Source: the human T2T-CHM13v2.0 reference genome, Homo sapiens. From it: DNA of 64,000 nucleotides. Position numbers and translations under genes: made by a program. The DNA lies in NCBI RefSeq assembly GCF_009914755.1, contig NC_060935.1; one strand, given 5' to 3'. Below, piece after piece: positions 45,205 to 60,719 of the stretch (position 1 is its first letter; each line of letters opens with the position of its first letter). Below the pieces are notes generated by a model. The model was not told where the DNA came from. It was given only the letters and a program-made list of their open reading frames with translations, and searched no databases.

Positions 45205-45708
45205 AAGAGATCTGGGAAATTATTTTACTCCATAAAATAACACCTTGGTAGATATTGAGTAAAGTTATGATGTTACTTGCTTTTTAGCACACTTTATCAA
45301 TGTGTGTTACACTAGAGTGCCTTCTGTAAACAGCCTGAGGGAGCTTAGAAGCAGATTTATTTAGCACTAGGTACATGACTAGATAGCACTAGATAAAGAA
45401 CCCTGGGTGTTTAGGTTACAGAGGTCGGGTGTTAGGAAAGCAGTAATAAAAGGGGCTAACTGTGTACCTGAACACTTCTGTTATACCATGGATTATTTGA
45501 ACCTTAATCCATGCAACATTATCAATTATGAAATGACTGTGACATGAATAAAGTTGTTTATTAATGAACTTCATGCTACCCACTTTCAGGGAGTAAACAA
45601 TGAATAAATCTTTTATGATTATCTTGTCCAATGGAAACGTAATTATTCAGTTGCTCAGATTAAATACCATGGAGGCATTTCTGACTCTTCTCTCAAAATC
45701 ACTCATCT

Positions 45709-45990
45709 CCCTGGGCATGGTGGCTCATGCCTATAATCCCAGCACTTTGGGAAGTGGATCACTTGACTCCGGGATTTTGAGACCTGCCTGGATAACAAGG
45801 AGAAACCCCAACTCTACAAAAAATACAAAAATTAGTTGGATGTAGTGGTGCGTGCCTGTAGTCCCAGATACGTAGGAGGCTGAGGTGGGAGGATCACTTG
45901 AATCCAGGAGGTTGAGGCTGCAGTGAGCTGCGATTGTGCCACTGCCCTCCAGTCTGGATGACAGAGTGAGACCATGTCTTTAAAAAAAAA
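45709..45990 (+). mobile_element. AluJ
   Basis: ggtgggaggatcacttga..gaggctgcagtgagc; short deletion in the left arm. Confidence 0.9.
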
Positions 45991-46297
45991 TACTAATCTA
46001 AGACTGTTTTTTCAAAATACAATCGACAATCGTATCACTTCACACAATCTCCTCATTTGCTACCACACGAGCGCATACCATCAAATCTCTTGCTTAGATT
46101 ATTATTATATCTTCTAACCACCTGCCCCTATCCCTACCCTTGCCCTTCCTTTCACTGTCTGTTTGCAACACACCAGCCAGGTAATCCTTTTAAAACATAA
46201 GTCACATGTTAACACTTCTGTGCTCAAAAGCCTCTAACGCTTTCCATTATACTCTGAGCAAAGCACTGACAAATTCCTTATAACTCCTACAAGCCTT

Positions 46298-46923
46298 CCA
46301 TTAATTATCTATTGCTGCATAAATTTAGTAGGTTTAAAATGACACATATTTATTATCTCAAAATTCCTATGCACCATGTGTTTAGACCATTTAGACACAA
46401 GTTATCTGGGTTCTTCACTTCAGGATTTTGTCAGGCTGAAACCCTAGTGCTGACCAGAGTGGTAGTCTTATCAGAGACTTGACTAGGGAAGAATCTGCTT
46501 ACAGGCTCCCACAAGCTCTTGACAGAATGTATCTCTGCTTTGTTGTTGGTTGTAGAAATAAAGTCTCTGTTTTCGTTCTGTCTGTCACAAACATCTCACT
46601 GTGCTCCTGAAGGTCACTTGTAGTTCCTTGACACATGACTCTCTCCATACGCCCTGTAAGAACATGTTTGTTTATCTTTTTAAAGCCAACAATGAAGATG
46701 GTGAATCTTTAGTGTCTGCTAGCAAAATTATACACATGCACACACACACATACATAAACATACACACACACACACACACACTTAATGAAAGTGTAAAAAT
46801 CAGAGTGGCGTCTCTATTTTGCCATCTTCTAATAGTGAAAATCAAATTACAGGTTCTCCTCAAACTCAAAGGGAGGGGATTATACAGGGCATGAATATGG
46901 AAGTCAACAGAATCTATCCAGCA
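46298..46923 (-). mobile_element. MLT1E/F-like MaLR LTR
   Basis: ttatctattgctgcataa..atttattatctca..ggaagaatctgctt..ctcaaagggaggggattatacagggc. Confidence 0.75.
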
Positions 46924-47960
46924 GCAAGCTTCTACATGATCCTCCTACTCACCACTTCTCTGAATTTATCTCCTGCCACTCTCCATCTGGCCCACTTTGC
47001 CCTGGATAGATTGGCCTCCTTGTTCTTTGATTCACAAAGGGAATATCTGCTTCTTCATATTCACCCTTCTCACAGGTGGTAACCCTCTTTCTTGGGAAAG
47101 AAATCCATAAGACGGGCAGCTAGACAACCTTTAAGTCTGTCGTAAAATGTAAGCTTATCAGGAAGAACATCCTTGATTATCTTTTGAAAACTTGCAACCC
47201 TCATATTTCTTCATCCCTATCCCTTAAATACTTTTCTCCATAAAATATGTCACCACTTGGCATTTTATTTATTTTTAATTTTGTTGTTTATCTCTCCCAC
47301 GTCATCATGAGTGCACAAAATTTTTATCACTGAATTCTTAACATGAAGAACAGTATCTATTGTGCATTTATAGAAGAAGATCCCAATAAATGAATATGAA
47401 ATGAATTATTGGGTTGTTCTTTTAAATAGGAAATGAATTGTATCAAAATAAGGTCATTTATGATAGAGAATAATGTTTTGATGAATAGTCCATAATATTA
47501 AAAACATTACTTTTGGTTTTTTGATATTTCTCTTCGTTGTAAGAAAATTTCTTCTTTAATTTCATTGATGCATTTTACATTTATCATTCAGAAGTAGAGT
47601 TATTCATGTACATACAATCTGGTAGTAAGAGTCTTACTTAAAGAAATATAAGAAAGCTATAGATCCTAGATCTACTCACAAACTTTGCAGAGGGCTCTCC
47701 ACATGATAGATATTAATTAAATCTTCACTTAAATAAATAGGGACTACACTATCCCATTGATCACAGGTCTGCCATCCTTGATCTTAAATCTGCTGGGAAT
47801 CATACAGAATGATTACATGGAGTGATGGATATACCTAGTTTTATCGCATAGAATATAAAACACTAGTGGTTAATGTGGAGACTTTTTTCAAAAGTGTTGT
47901 TATCTATATTTTTGTACATTAACTTGAATACAATTTAAATGCAGTTTGTCGATCTTGGTC

Positions 47961-48520
47961 AATGTAAATGTCCATCAGCAGACAAATGGATGGGAAAGTA
48001 TAATGTATATACACAATGGAATACTATTCAGTCTTAAAAAAAGAAGAAAATTCTGTCATTTGGGATAACATAGATAAATCTAGAGAACGTTATGCTAAGT
48101 AAAATTAGCTAAGCACAGAACAGCAAATACTGCATGATCTCCCTTGTGTATGGAATCTTAAAAAAGTTGAATCCACAGAAGAGAGTGAAATGATGTTTAC
48201 CAAAAATGAAGGGGGGTGTGTAATGAGAGAATGGAGAGTTACTGGTCAAAGGGTATGTTGTTTCAGCCATACAGGAAGAATAAGTTTTGAGACTAAATGC
48301 ACAGCAGAGTGTCTATAGTCAATAATAATGTATTGTGTATTTCACAATAACTAATAAATAAATTTCAAATGTATCAGCACAAAAAATGTTAATAAGTGAG
48401 GTGCTGGTTATGTTAGTTATCTTGATTTAATCAATTCACATTGTAAACACATATATCAAATCACATTGAACTCCATAATGTAATACAATTATGATTTTTC
48501 AATTAAAAATAATATAAATT
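47961..48520 (+). mobile_element. L1MA (MA7/8-like) 3' end
   Basis: tgtccatca..aatggaatactattcag..aaatactgcatgatctc..ctatagtcaataataatgtattgt. Confidence 0.85.
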
Positions 48521-49719
48521 AAGTATTCTTAAATAGCCTTGCATTTGTAGTTATGTTTGCTTCATTTTCATGAAAACTCTATAGTTCTTGAGAAAACAAC
48601 ATCACGTACTTGTATTCAAATATGCACATCCAAACAAAGTAATGCTTCGAATTCCAAAGGGGTATTATGCTAATGAGGCCAACAGAATTCAAAGTGTGCC
48701 TTGGAAATAAGAAAGAATCCTGAAAGAAGTAATTGGGATCAAGGTTATGAATACAGAGAAGATTCAATCAAGGTGTAAATGCATGATGGGTCAAGATATT
48801 AGAATATGCTGCCAAAATATAATTCCTGGAGAAATGAAGACTGTACCATATTAAAATAATCAACACAAAGGGATATAATATTACTTGAAAAGAGACATGA
48901 TTATGAATTTGATTTAATTGTAGGTTATATTGGAGCTGACTTGCCTTATGATGAAAGGGAGTGTGGGCTAGATTTCTCTTAAGATAATCAAGAAAGGAAG
49001 AAATGCAATTAACATTGCAATAATTACACTGCAATCTTCTGATAATAAGGTTACTATAAGTAATCAACAAGACTCCTGGTGTTCTGTGTAATTTAATGTA
49101 TAGTACTTCTAAAAAATTGGCTCTTATGGAATCCCAATAAACCATTTAAATCCATTCTGTGTGGAAAAAATAATATGATCCAAACTCAATATGTAAGTCT
49201 TCACCTTGGGAAAAGACACTATCATGTGCTGAGGAGGGATTTTAAATTGCCTTAAGATTTTGAAGGGAGATTTGGCAGTACCTATCCAAATCCTCTATGC
49301 ACATACCGTTAACCCAGAAATTTCACAGTATTCATATATTCCACAAAGTCAATAAGGAATGGAAAAAGTGATAAATTTTTTGCTGTTTATTACAGCGTTG
49401 ATTGTAACAGTGGGGAACAAAAGCTTAAATAAAGCTAAATGACTGTCACTTGTAGATAGCTTAAATGAAATATGATACATGTAAACTATGAAACATGCAG
49501 TTATATTTTTAAGTAAGATTAAACTAAATGTGCTGATATGGATATATTTTTATGTGGTAAAAACAAACCATGATATAAAATAATTCAATATAAGATAATC
49601 ACATTTGTGTATATTTTAAAAGATATGCACATATATGCTTTAAATTGTATATATATATGTATACACACATAAAATATATATGGGTGTCTCATACAAAGAG
49701 CTAGAAGAGATACTACGTG

Positions 49720-49945
49720 GTCTGTGAATGTTGAGTTCCTTAACTCAAATACTCTTTGTGACACTGGGAAAGTTTCTTAATCTTTCCGTGTCTTAACTCC
49801 TCATTTGTAATATTAAATGTAAAATTTAATGTGTAGTAAAATTAAAATAATTGTTTTGAAGATTAAATAAGATAGTGCATGTGTACATTTAGAATACTGC
49901 CTATATCACTAAAAACAGTTAATAAGAATCAGCTAACATTAATAT
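49720..49945 (+). mobile_element. MIR
   Basis: tgtgacactgggaaagtttcttaatct..ctcatttgtaa..gaagattaaataaga core. Confidence 0.65.
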
Positions 49946-50451
49946 CACCATCATAATTTTTATTATGATTATCATTTTGACACGTGTTTATGTTAGAAGA
50001 ACCTTTCTCTACAAGAATAGTTGCACGAAAACATGTTTTTCTATGGGACGCTACTAAAAGAAAATGTAATATTTTTCATCTTCATTTTAATTTTTTCTAT
50101 ATACTTTGGAAAATTGTATGTTTGTGTGTGTGTGCATATGTGTGTGTTTACTGGGTTAAGAAAATATTACATGGTAAACATTTGAAAACAGAATACAAAC
50201 AAGGAAATTAAATTACTCTTGGAATGCACTTTGTATTGTATATTAGTCTTTTAAGGCTGCTATAAAAAACATCACACACTAAAACGCTTACACAACAGAA
50301 ATTTATGTTGTCACATTTCTGAAGGCTGAAACAGATCAAGGTGTCAACAAGATTGATTCTTTCTGATGACTATGTGAAAAGGGCATGTTTCAGGATCCTC
50401 TCCTTGAGTTGTAGATGTTCGTCTTGATCCTTTGTCTTCACATTGTCTCTC

Positions 50452-50753
<302 letters not shown>

Positions 50754-51015
50754 TTTATTTTATTTTTTTTGCGAGGGGGGTCTCGCTCTGTCTCCAGGCT
50801 GGAGTGCAGTGGCGCTATCTTGGCTCACTGCAACCTCGGCCTCCTGAGTTGCTGAGACTACAGACCTGCGCCACCACGCCCAGCTAATTTTTGTATTTTT
50901 AGTAGAGAGGGGTTTCAACATGTTGGCCAGGATGGTCTGAATCTCTTGACCTCATGATCCGTCCGCCTTGGCCTCCCAAAGTGCTGGGATACAGGCCTGA
51001 GCCACCATGCCCGGC
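50754..51015 (-). mobile_element. AluSc-like with internal deletion of about 30 bp
   Basis: ctgtctccaggctgg, ccaggatggtc..tctcttgacc; gcaacctcggcctcctgag junction. Confidence 0.9.
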
Positions 51016-51660
51016 ACACATTGTCTTCTCTTTATACATGTTTGTGACCAGATTTTCTCTTTTTGTAAGGACATCAGTTATATTGGAATAGTGCCCACCT
51101 TAATGAACTCATTTTAATTTAGTTACTTATGTAAAGGCTTTATCTCCAAATGCCGACACATTCTGAGGTACTTGTGGTTAGCACTTCAACATACAAATTT
51201 TAGGATACTGGAGGCACAATTCAGCCATAGCAGTATGCCAAATGCTAAATTCTTTATTTGTCATATTTGTGTTTGTTATAATTTAATAATTTCAGAAATA
51301 GTGATCACAAAATGAAAGAGGAAGGGAATTTTATTTTTATTTTTTGGAATTTCAGAGATGAGCTCGATTTCTTTTATATAGTGGTGAGTCAGTAAGTTTT
51401 TTGGTTTTGTAATCGTTGGAACAAGGTGTCACCCCAAAAAATCCAACTTTCTGTCTTTAAGAGCAGCACCAGGCTTTCTTGGGAGTCTAACATTTGTAAA
51501 CTATATAAGAAATCAGTCACCTCACTTTTTCTCAAGGATGATGAATAGAACTTTTGTGTTTCTAGGAGTTTAATCCCGTGTATCTCTGAGGATGGCATAC
51601 TGTGTGCATATGCATGTAAGCTCATGTACATGTGTTTAAAATAAAAACACCCTTCATTTG

Positions 51661-51790
51661 TAGGATGGCCATATATTCTGTTTTGCAGAGGACAATCCAC
51701 ATTTATAACTGTTTACCTGGAAGTAACTAATAGGATCCCTTTTCACTTTCAAATATGTCTTGATTCAGATATTAAATTATAAACTCTCCA
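51661..51790. mobile_element. MER81-like hAT (Blackjack) MITE
   Basis: taggatggccatatattctgttttgc..ggaca..cccttttcactttcaaa..taaattata resembles the recalled consensus. Confidence 0.6.
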
Positions 51791-52059
51791 CATATATTGA
51801 CAACCAAACTATATTTTTGTAGAAATTGAGCTGAATACTTCTTTACATGAAAATGGCTGAAAAAGAAGTTTGCAAAAATCTAATGATCTCTGCCTTAGAC
51901 ATTCTATTAAATCCTGTGAGTTTAATATTTCTATGAGGAATTACGTGGATTTGACACTGGCTCTGCCATATAAACCTGAATAGGCTTGAACAAGTGGTTT
52001 AAATTCTCAATGTCTCAGTCTCCTCATTACTAAAATTGCATAATTATTGTATCTAATTT

Positions 52060-54500
<2,441 letters not shown>

Positions 54501-54524
54501 GAAATGTGTGTGTGAATGTCTGTA

Positions 54525-54526
<2 letters not shown>

Positions 54527-54555
<29 letters not shown>
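54527..54555. repeat. (TG)n microsatellite
   Basis: Directly visible. Confidence 0.9.
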
Positions 54556-54557
<2 letters not shown>

Positions 54558-55116
54558 TAGTTTCAGTTCTCTAGAGTTCGCACATATATAGATATGTGTG
54601 TTTGTGCGTGTGTTTGCTTGCATGTATATACAGGAAGGAATTGGCTTGCGTGGTTATGGAGGCTGAGAAGTCCTATGACCTGCAATCAGCCAGCTGAAGA
54701 CCTAGGAGAGCAAATGTATACTTCCAGTCTCAATCCAAAGGCTTGAGAAGCAGGAAAACTGATGACGTAGGTTTCAAGCATAGCCCGATGACCTAAGAAC
54801 CAGGAGAGCCTATAGTGTAAACTCCAGTCTGAATCCAAGTGCAAAGATAAGAGAAGATTGATGTCCCAGCTGGTTGACTGTCAGACAGAGAGAGTAAATA
54901 TACCTTTACTCCACTTTTATTTATATATTTTTCCTATTCAGGCCTCCAACAGATTGGATGTGGCCCAGCCGCCTTAAAGAAGGCAATCTGCTTTACTCAG
55001 ATTACCAATAAAAGTGTTAATCTCATCCAGAAAAAGGATCACAAAGCCACTGAGAATAATGTTTATGTAGGCTCCACATGGCCCATTTAAGTTGACACAT
55101 AAAATTAACCATTACA
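54553..55116 (-). mobile_element. MLT2B-like LTR (3' LTR of an ERVL provirus)
   Basis: tgtattag..aaggaattggct..ggaggctgagaagtcc..ggcaatctgctttactcag..aagttgacacataaaattaaccattaca. Confidence 0.88.
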
Positions 55117-55759
55117 ACTTTACCCCTTGTCAACTTCATATCCACATCCTTAAATGATATATAATCCCCAATGAAGCAATAACAAGTTCATAATTCCACC
55201 TAAAATGCTACAGCTGTCCTGCATACAACCCAAAGCATGCTAATCTTTTCCCCAGAAGTGGAGGTAAAGTCCTTCAGTGGTGTTTCGCCTTCTTCTTTAT
55301 ATCTTCTAACTTAAATACTGTGATGTAAAATTAATAATACTTAAATACTATTATAATATCAATATATCTATGTTACATAATAAGGGGATAAGAAAGAGAA
55401 GAAAAAATATGTTTGCTTAATTATTCTCTCTATCTAGATATAGATATACACACACAAACATATTCATAACAAATAAGGAGGGATACTCATGACAATGCAA
55501 CTTGTTGGCCCATATTTAGGCTTTTAATTTCTATTAAGACCAAGAAGGAGGCCAGGAGCTGTTTCTCAGGAGAAATGTTTTATGGAGAGGATGGCAATGT
55601 TTTGCTTCAAAATTCTAAGGGCCTGTACTGTGAATCACCAACAGGGGCCTGCCAAAAGCTCCAAACAGCATCTGCCACTGACAATTCCAGTGTCATTGAA
55701 TATACTGGATCACATGTCCAGCAGCAGAGCAGTTTTCACAACAGCCCAGAACTGCTTTT

Positions 55760-56804
55760 TGTTTGCTCATTTGTTTGAATTTGTTTTTATTTTTTTCCTC
55801 ATAGATCATACCTTTATTAACAAATTAAAATTGTATATATTTATGGTGTACACCATGATGTTTTGACATGTGTATACACTGTGGAATGATTAAATCAACC
55901 TCATTAACATATCCATTATCTCATATACTTATTTTTTGTGTTGAAAGCATTTCAAAGTCATATACTTAGCAATTTTCAAGTATACAATGCATTGTTATTA
56001 ACTAGACACCTTGTAGTGTAAATCTTTTGAACTTATTCCTCCTGTCTAATCAAAATTTTGTATGCTTTGACCAATATCTCCCCAATGTCGCCTCCTAGTC
56101 CTAGTTCCTGATAATCATCATTCTACTCTCAACCTCTATGCAGTCTACTATTTTAGATTCCTCATATAAGTGAGATCATGTGTTATTTGTCTTTCTGTCT
56201 TATTTCACTTACATAATTCTACATAATGTTATCCAGATTCATCCATGTTGCTTCAAATGACAGGCTTTCATTTTTTAATGGATGAGTAGTATTTACTTGT
56301 GTGTGTGTCTCTCTCTCACACATTTTCTTAATTCATTCACTGAGGGAAATTTAGATTTTTTCCACATCTTGGTGATTGTAAATAGTTCTGCAATGAACAC
56401 GGGGGTACTGATGTTCCTTTAACATACTGATTTTATTTTTTGTGTATATTTTCTGAAGTGGAATTGCTAAATAATATGGTAGTTCTATTTTGAATATTTT
56501 GAGGAACCTCCATACTGTTTTTCCTAATGACTATACTAATTTACATTTCTACCAATAGTATACAAGTGTTTCCTTTTCTCCACATCCTCACCAACACTTA
56601 TAATCATTTGTGAGGTTTTTTTTTAATAGCTGCTCTGACAGGTATGAGATTGTAGATCCTTGTGGCTTTGATTTGCTTTTCTCTGATGATTATTGATGTT
56701 AAGCCTATTTTTCCATGCCTTTTGGCAATTTGTACGTCTTTGAGAAATGTTTTTAAGGTCCTCTGCCCGTAATTGTATTATTTGTTTTCTTGCTATTGTG
56801 TTTA
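55760..56804 (-). mobile_element. L1MA (MA7/8-like) 3' end inserted in ERVL pol
   Basis: aattgtatatatttatggtgtaca..atgatgttttga..ttagcaattttcaagtatacaat; ERVL resumes at acctgttgcagagccttctc. Confidence 0.85.
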
Positions 56805-57214
56805 AAAACCTGTTGCAGAGCCTTCTCTAATACTAGGTCCTACACAACACTAGCAGGTTTTCAGGTCCTTCAGTAAATGGATTAGAGTAACACATTTAAA
56901 TAAGAAATATGTTTCCTCCGAATTCAAAGAGGCTGATTAGGTATTGTGCTTCTTGTCCTTTGTTGTTTTTGTTTATTGCTTTTGTTTTGTTTGTAGGAGA
57001 AGCCAGATGCAAAGACATATCCTTTATCTTAGAAGGAATATCTTGGCTTGTACCACACCACTGGACACTTAGAAATTTTACTGAAGTGGAAGACCTTGAA
57101 TTTTTGTTAGATTTATTTTCCACCATCTGACATGTCATTGGCTTACCAATTACATGTCCAGTATAGTTGCTTACTTACGTCTAGTATAGTTGCTACTTTC
57201 CGCTCGCTAGGTCT

Positions 57215-57771
57215 AAATCTTTAAGTTCTGCTTCTTTTGGTTACAAATTCCATTTTTAATTCAATTATCTTTTTTGTTTTTTTAGCATTGTGCTATAAGC
57301 AGTGAAGGGAAACCATAGAGCATCATGAGTGCTTTGCTTAGAAATTTCTTCTTCCATATAACCTAGTCCCTCACCCTTAAATTCTGTCTTCCACAAAGTA
57401 CCAGGACACGGAAACAATTCACACAAATTCCTTGCCAGTTTGTAACCAGAATAACCTTTCTTCAAGTTTCCAGTAAAGTATTTCTTATTTCAATCTAAGA
57501 ACTCATTAGAGTAGACTTTAGTGTCCATATTTCTACCAGTGTTCTGATCACAACCACTTAGATAATCTCCAAAAATATGTAGGCACTTTACACAGCTCTC
57601 CTCTTCTGAGCCCTCACCAGAATTGCCCTTAATGCTCTGTTCATAGCAATCATTTTTCTCCTAGCATGTACCTCTAAACTCTTCCATACTTTACTTATTA
57701 CCCAGTTCCAAAGTTACTTCCACATTTTTAAGTATTTTGTATAGCAACACCTCAATTTTGGTAGCAATTTC
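57215..57771 (-). mobile_element. MaLR internal fragment (MLT1A/MST-int)
   Basis: ctttgcttagaaatttcttc..ccctcaccagaattgcccttaa..ttacccagttccaaag..ggtagcaatttc. Confidence 0.8.
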
Positions 57772-58160
57772 TGTCTCAGTTTGTTTTGCTTGTGCTGCCA
57801 TAACAAAATACCTCAGACTGGGTAAGTTTTGAAGAACATAAGTATATTTTCTCATACTACTGGAGGCTGGAACTTCCAAGATCAGGGCGCTGGCAGGCTA
57901 TGTCTGGTGAGAGCCTCAGTCTCTGCTTTCAAGATGACACTTTGAATGCTGTGTATTCACAAGGCAAAAGGGATAAAAGGACAAAAGGGACTGAATTTAC
58001 TTTCTCAATCACTTTTGTAGGACACTAATCCCATCCTCAACAAGGGACCCCTCATGTCCTTATTGCCCCCTAAAGGCACCATCTCTTAATACTGTTACAC
58101 CAGGGATTAAGTTTCAACGTTAATGTTGGAAGCATCACGTACATTCAGACCAAATAAACA
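57772..58160 (-). mobile_element. MaLR LTR (MLT1A/MSTD group)
   Basis: gctgccataacaaaatacc.cagactgggt..ctggaggctgg..ccaagatca..cactaatccca..ggattaagtttcaac..cattcagacc. Confidence 0.82.
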
Positions 58161-60432
58161 GTGGAGGCGTATCACTGACTTGCCATCTGAAATAATACTA
58201 CTTCTGGTCAGCCTTGTTGGCTGGAATAGAGAAAAAGGCATTTGCCTAGGAGATGTGTTCATTTGCTCAAGCAATGAAATTTAATCTCACAATACAGCTG
58301 CAGTTGGAGTCACCATCTGGTTAAGCTGACAGTAATCCATTGTCATTCTCCAAGGCACATCTGTCTTCTTCACAGGCCAAATAGGTGAGTGAATGGAGAT
58401 TTGGTGGGAATCACCACCCCAGCAGCCATCGTGTCTTTATGGTGGTACTAATTTTAAATGTCTCCAGGAATGTACTATTGCTTTCAGTTTTCTATTTTTC
58501 TAGTTAGAGATAGTGCTATTGACTTCCACTTGGCCTTTTCCATCATAATAGCCCTCACCTCAGAGGTCAAGAAACTAATGGGCAGATTCTGCCAGCTGCT
58601 GAGTAAATTTATTCTAAATATGCATTCCAGAACTTTGGAAATAATCACAGATTGGATTTGGAGCCCCCTTGTCCCACTGTGAGATGGAACTGAGCTGAGA
58701 TTTTTTGATCACTTGACCTTCATAAGCCTTTACTCTGACTGGTGCACCACATGATGTTTTGGGTCCCCTGGAGTTATTGCCAATTCAGAGCCTGTGTCTA
58801 GTAGTATGCGAAAGTCCTGTTTATTATTTCCCAATGCACAGTTATCCTGGTAAAAGTGAGTATGCCCCTTTGGGAAATGCAGACAACAAGATTAACAGTA
58901 TGTTTTTGTTAGTGAATCATGTTCCTTCCATAAGGGGACCTGGCCTCACCTTCATTCAAGAGGGTCTTGGTGTGTAAACTGGCTCAATTATAGTACTTGA
59001 TGAAGTGGCAGTGACTCTCTGTCTTTTTATAACTCAGGTTAGACTTTCGTTTACTTGATCTGAAACTTTTCTGTTTTTATAGCTCAGTAAAAATTTGGTA
59101 GGTTTCTTATGTATTCCACTTCCAGGAATACCATGGTCCACTACACAGTGGCATGGGACTTAATAAGTCAGACAATTTGACTGCTCTCTGTTATGATGGT
59201 ACCTATGCCCACCTTGGCTTTGTTAGTCAAGTGCTGCCACTTGGTCCCCACCACCGGGTAATTATTTACTCCGTTTGCATTTAAGTTTCCCAATTCAATG
59301 ACTGGAGTTCAAGGGAAGAGTAATCATATGCTCTTCAAGGATGCTGTGGCTTCCCTCATAAATTTATTTCTTAGAGTAGTGATAGAAGATATGTCTTCTC
59401 AACCCATGCAGTGTGGGTTAGTAGGGCTTAAGTGACAAATCCACTGTAACACACCAATTTCCCTAAACTTTGAATCCTTCCTTTACATAAAATCAGAGAA
59501 GGTCTGACATATCTAATTCACTTACTGTGGGCCAGCTTTTGATTTATGTTTTAGACAATCAACGAAACAAACTCAGAGTCCTTCCTAATTCTCCAATGTG
59601 CAAGATTAAATGCAGAATACTTGCTTATGGACTTTACATCAATAAATTTGGCCTAATCCAACTTTATGTTTCTTCTACCATTATCTCAAACCCTCCAAAT
59701 GAATTCCCGTACATATTCCCTAGATTCCCTTCTGTGTAAATTAGAAAACTCAAGCTATTATTTTTCAATGCATTGTACTTCCTCACAGGTCATACTTTCT
59801 ACCTTACTTTAAGCTGCCTGCTGGGACTAGAGTCTAGTTACAGGTCTAGAAAAAAAAGAATGGTAGTGGAGATGGGTGATGAGGACAATCACCACTGTCT
59901 TACATGAAAACTGCCTCAAGGGAGTGTCTTACTTTAGGCAATGCAGGGTTAATCCCCTTACGGTTAGAGAGGCCACAACCCATGGGAGGGGGAGAAGGCT
60001 GCTTTCACTGGGAGTGCGGAGTCTTCTTTCATCTCCTGACAAAGGAGACTCAAATTAGACATGAAATTTAGTGGCTCAATGTCCCCAGCTTCATCATGGT
60101 GTTCTCACATGTCTCTATTCATTACCGTTACATTAACAGGTAGACAACCTTTAAGGCTGAAAGTTTTAACTTGTGTTGCATTTAGCCAGTCACAGGATCA
60201 TATTCTATATGTAATTTTTCGGCAAGTTTAGCCCTGTGGTGATAGCAGGTTAAGATCTCTTTCAGGGCACAGTTAGACGCTCGCAGATCATTTATGTGAT
60301 GATTTAGCTGGGGATTTGAATCCTTGAGCTTATACTCTCTTTTACTACTCTTTCTCTGGCAATATTAGAGGTAACCTGCCAAATTCATTATATGCTTTAC
60401 TTTTCAAAAAATATTAAAAAGTATATATATAG

Positions 60433-60563
60433 TGTATTAGGGTTCTCTAGAGGGACAGAACTAATAGGAGATATATATATGTGTGTATATATACACATAT
60501 ATATATGGGATATATATATGTGTGTATATATACACACATATATATCCCATATATATGTGTGTT

Positions 60564-60603
<40 letters not shown>

Positions 60604-60719
60604 TCCCATATATATGTATGTATATACATGGGATTTTATTAAGTAGTATTAATTCACATAGTCACAAGGTCCCAAAATAGGCCATCTGCAAGCTGAGAAG
60701 CTAAGGAAGCCAGTCTGAG
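60433..60719 (-). mobile_element. MLT2A-like LTR, truncated, with expanded TA-rich tract
   Basis: tgtattagggttctctagagggacagaactaatagga..cacaaggtccc..ataggccatctgcaagctgag. Confidence 0.88.

Larger units (their letters stand above)
45625..47406 (+). mobile_element. L2 3' region interrupted by AluJ and MLT1
   Basis: cagttgctcag, cagccaggtaatccttttaaaacataagtca, ctcaaaagcctc, ggcctccttgttcttt, aataaatgaat end. Confidence 0.7.
55117..60400 (-). mobile_element. ERVL (ERVL-B4-like) internal region: deleted pol and gag, with nested L1MA and MaLR
   Basis: accccttgtcaactt beside the LTR. Reverse strand ~58420-58250 gives VVIPT.SP..SPIWPVKKTD..WRMT.DY..LNQ; RNase H region at 55540-55755; gag remnants at 59000-60400. 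Confidence 0.85.

Noticed and set aside
60392-60680. Tyr/Ile-rich ORFs
   Set aside because: Translations of a (TA)/(TG) microsatellite.
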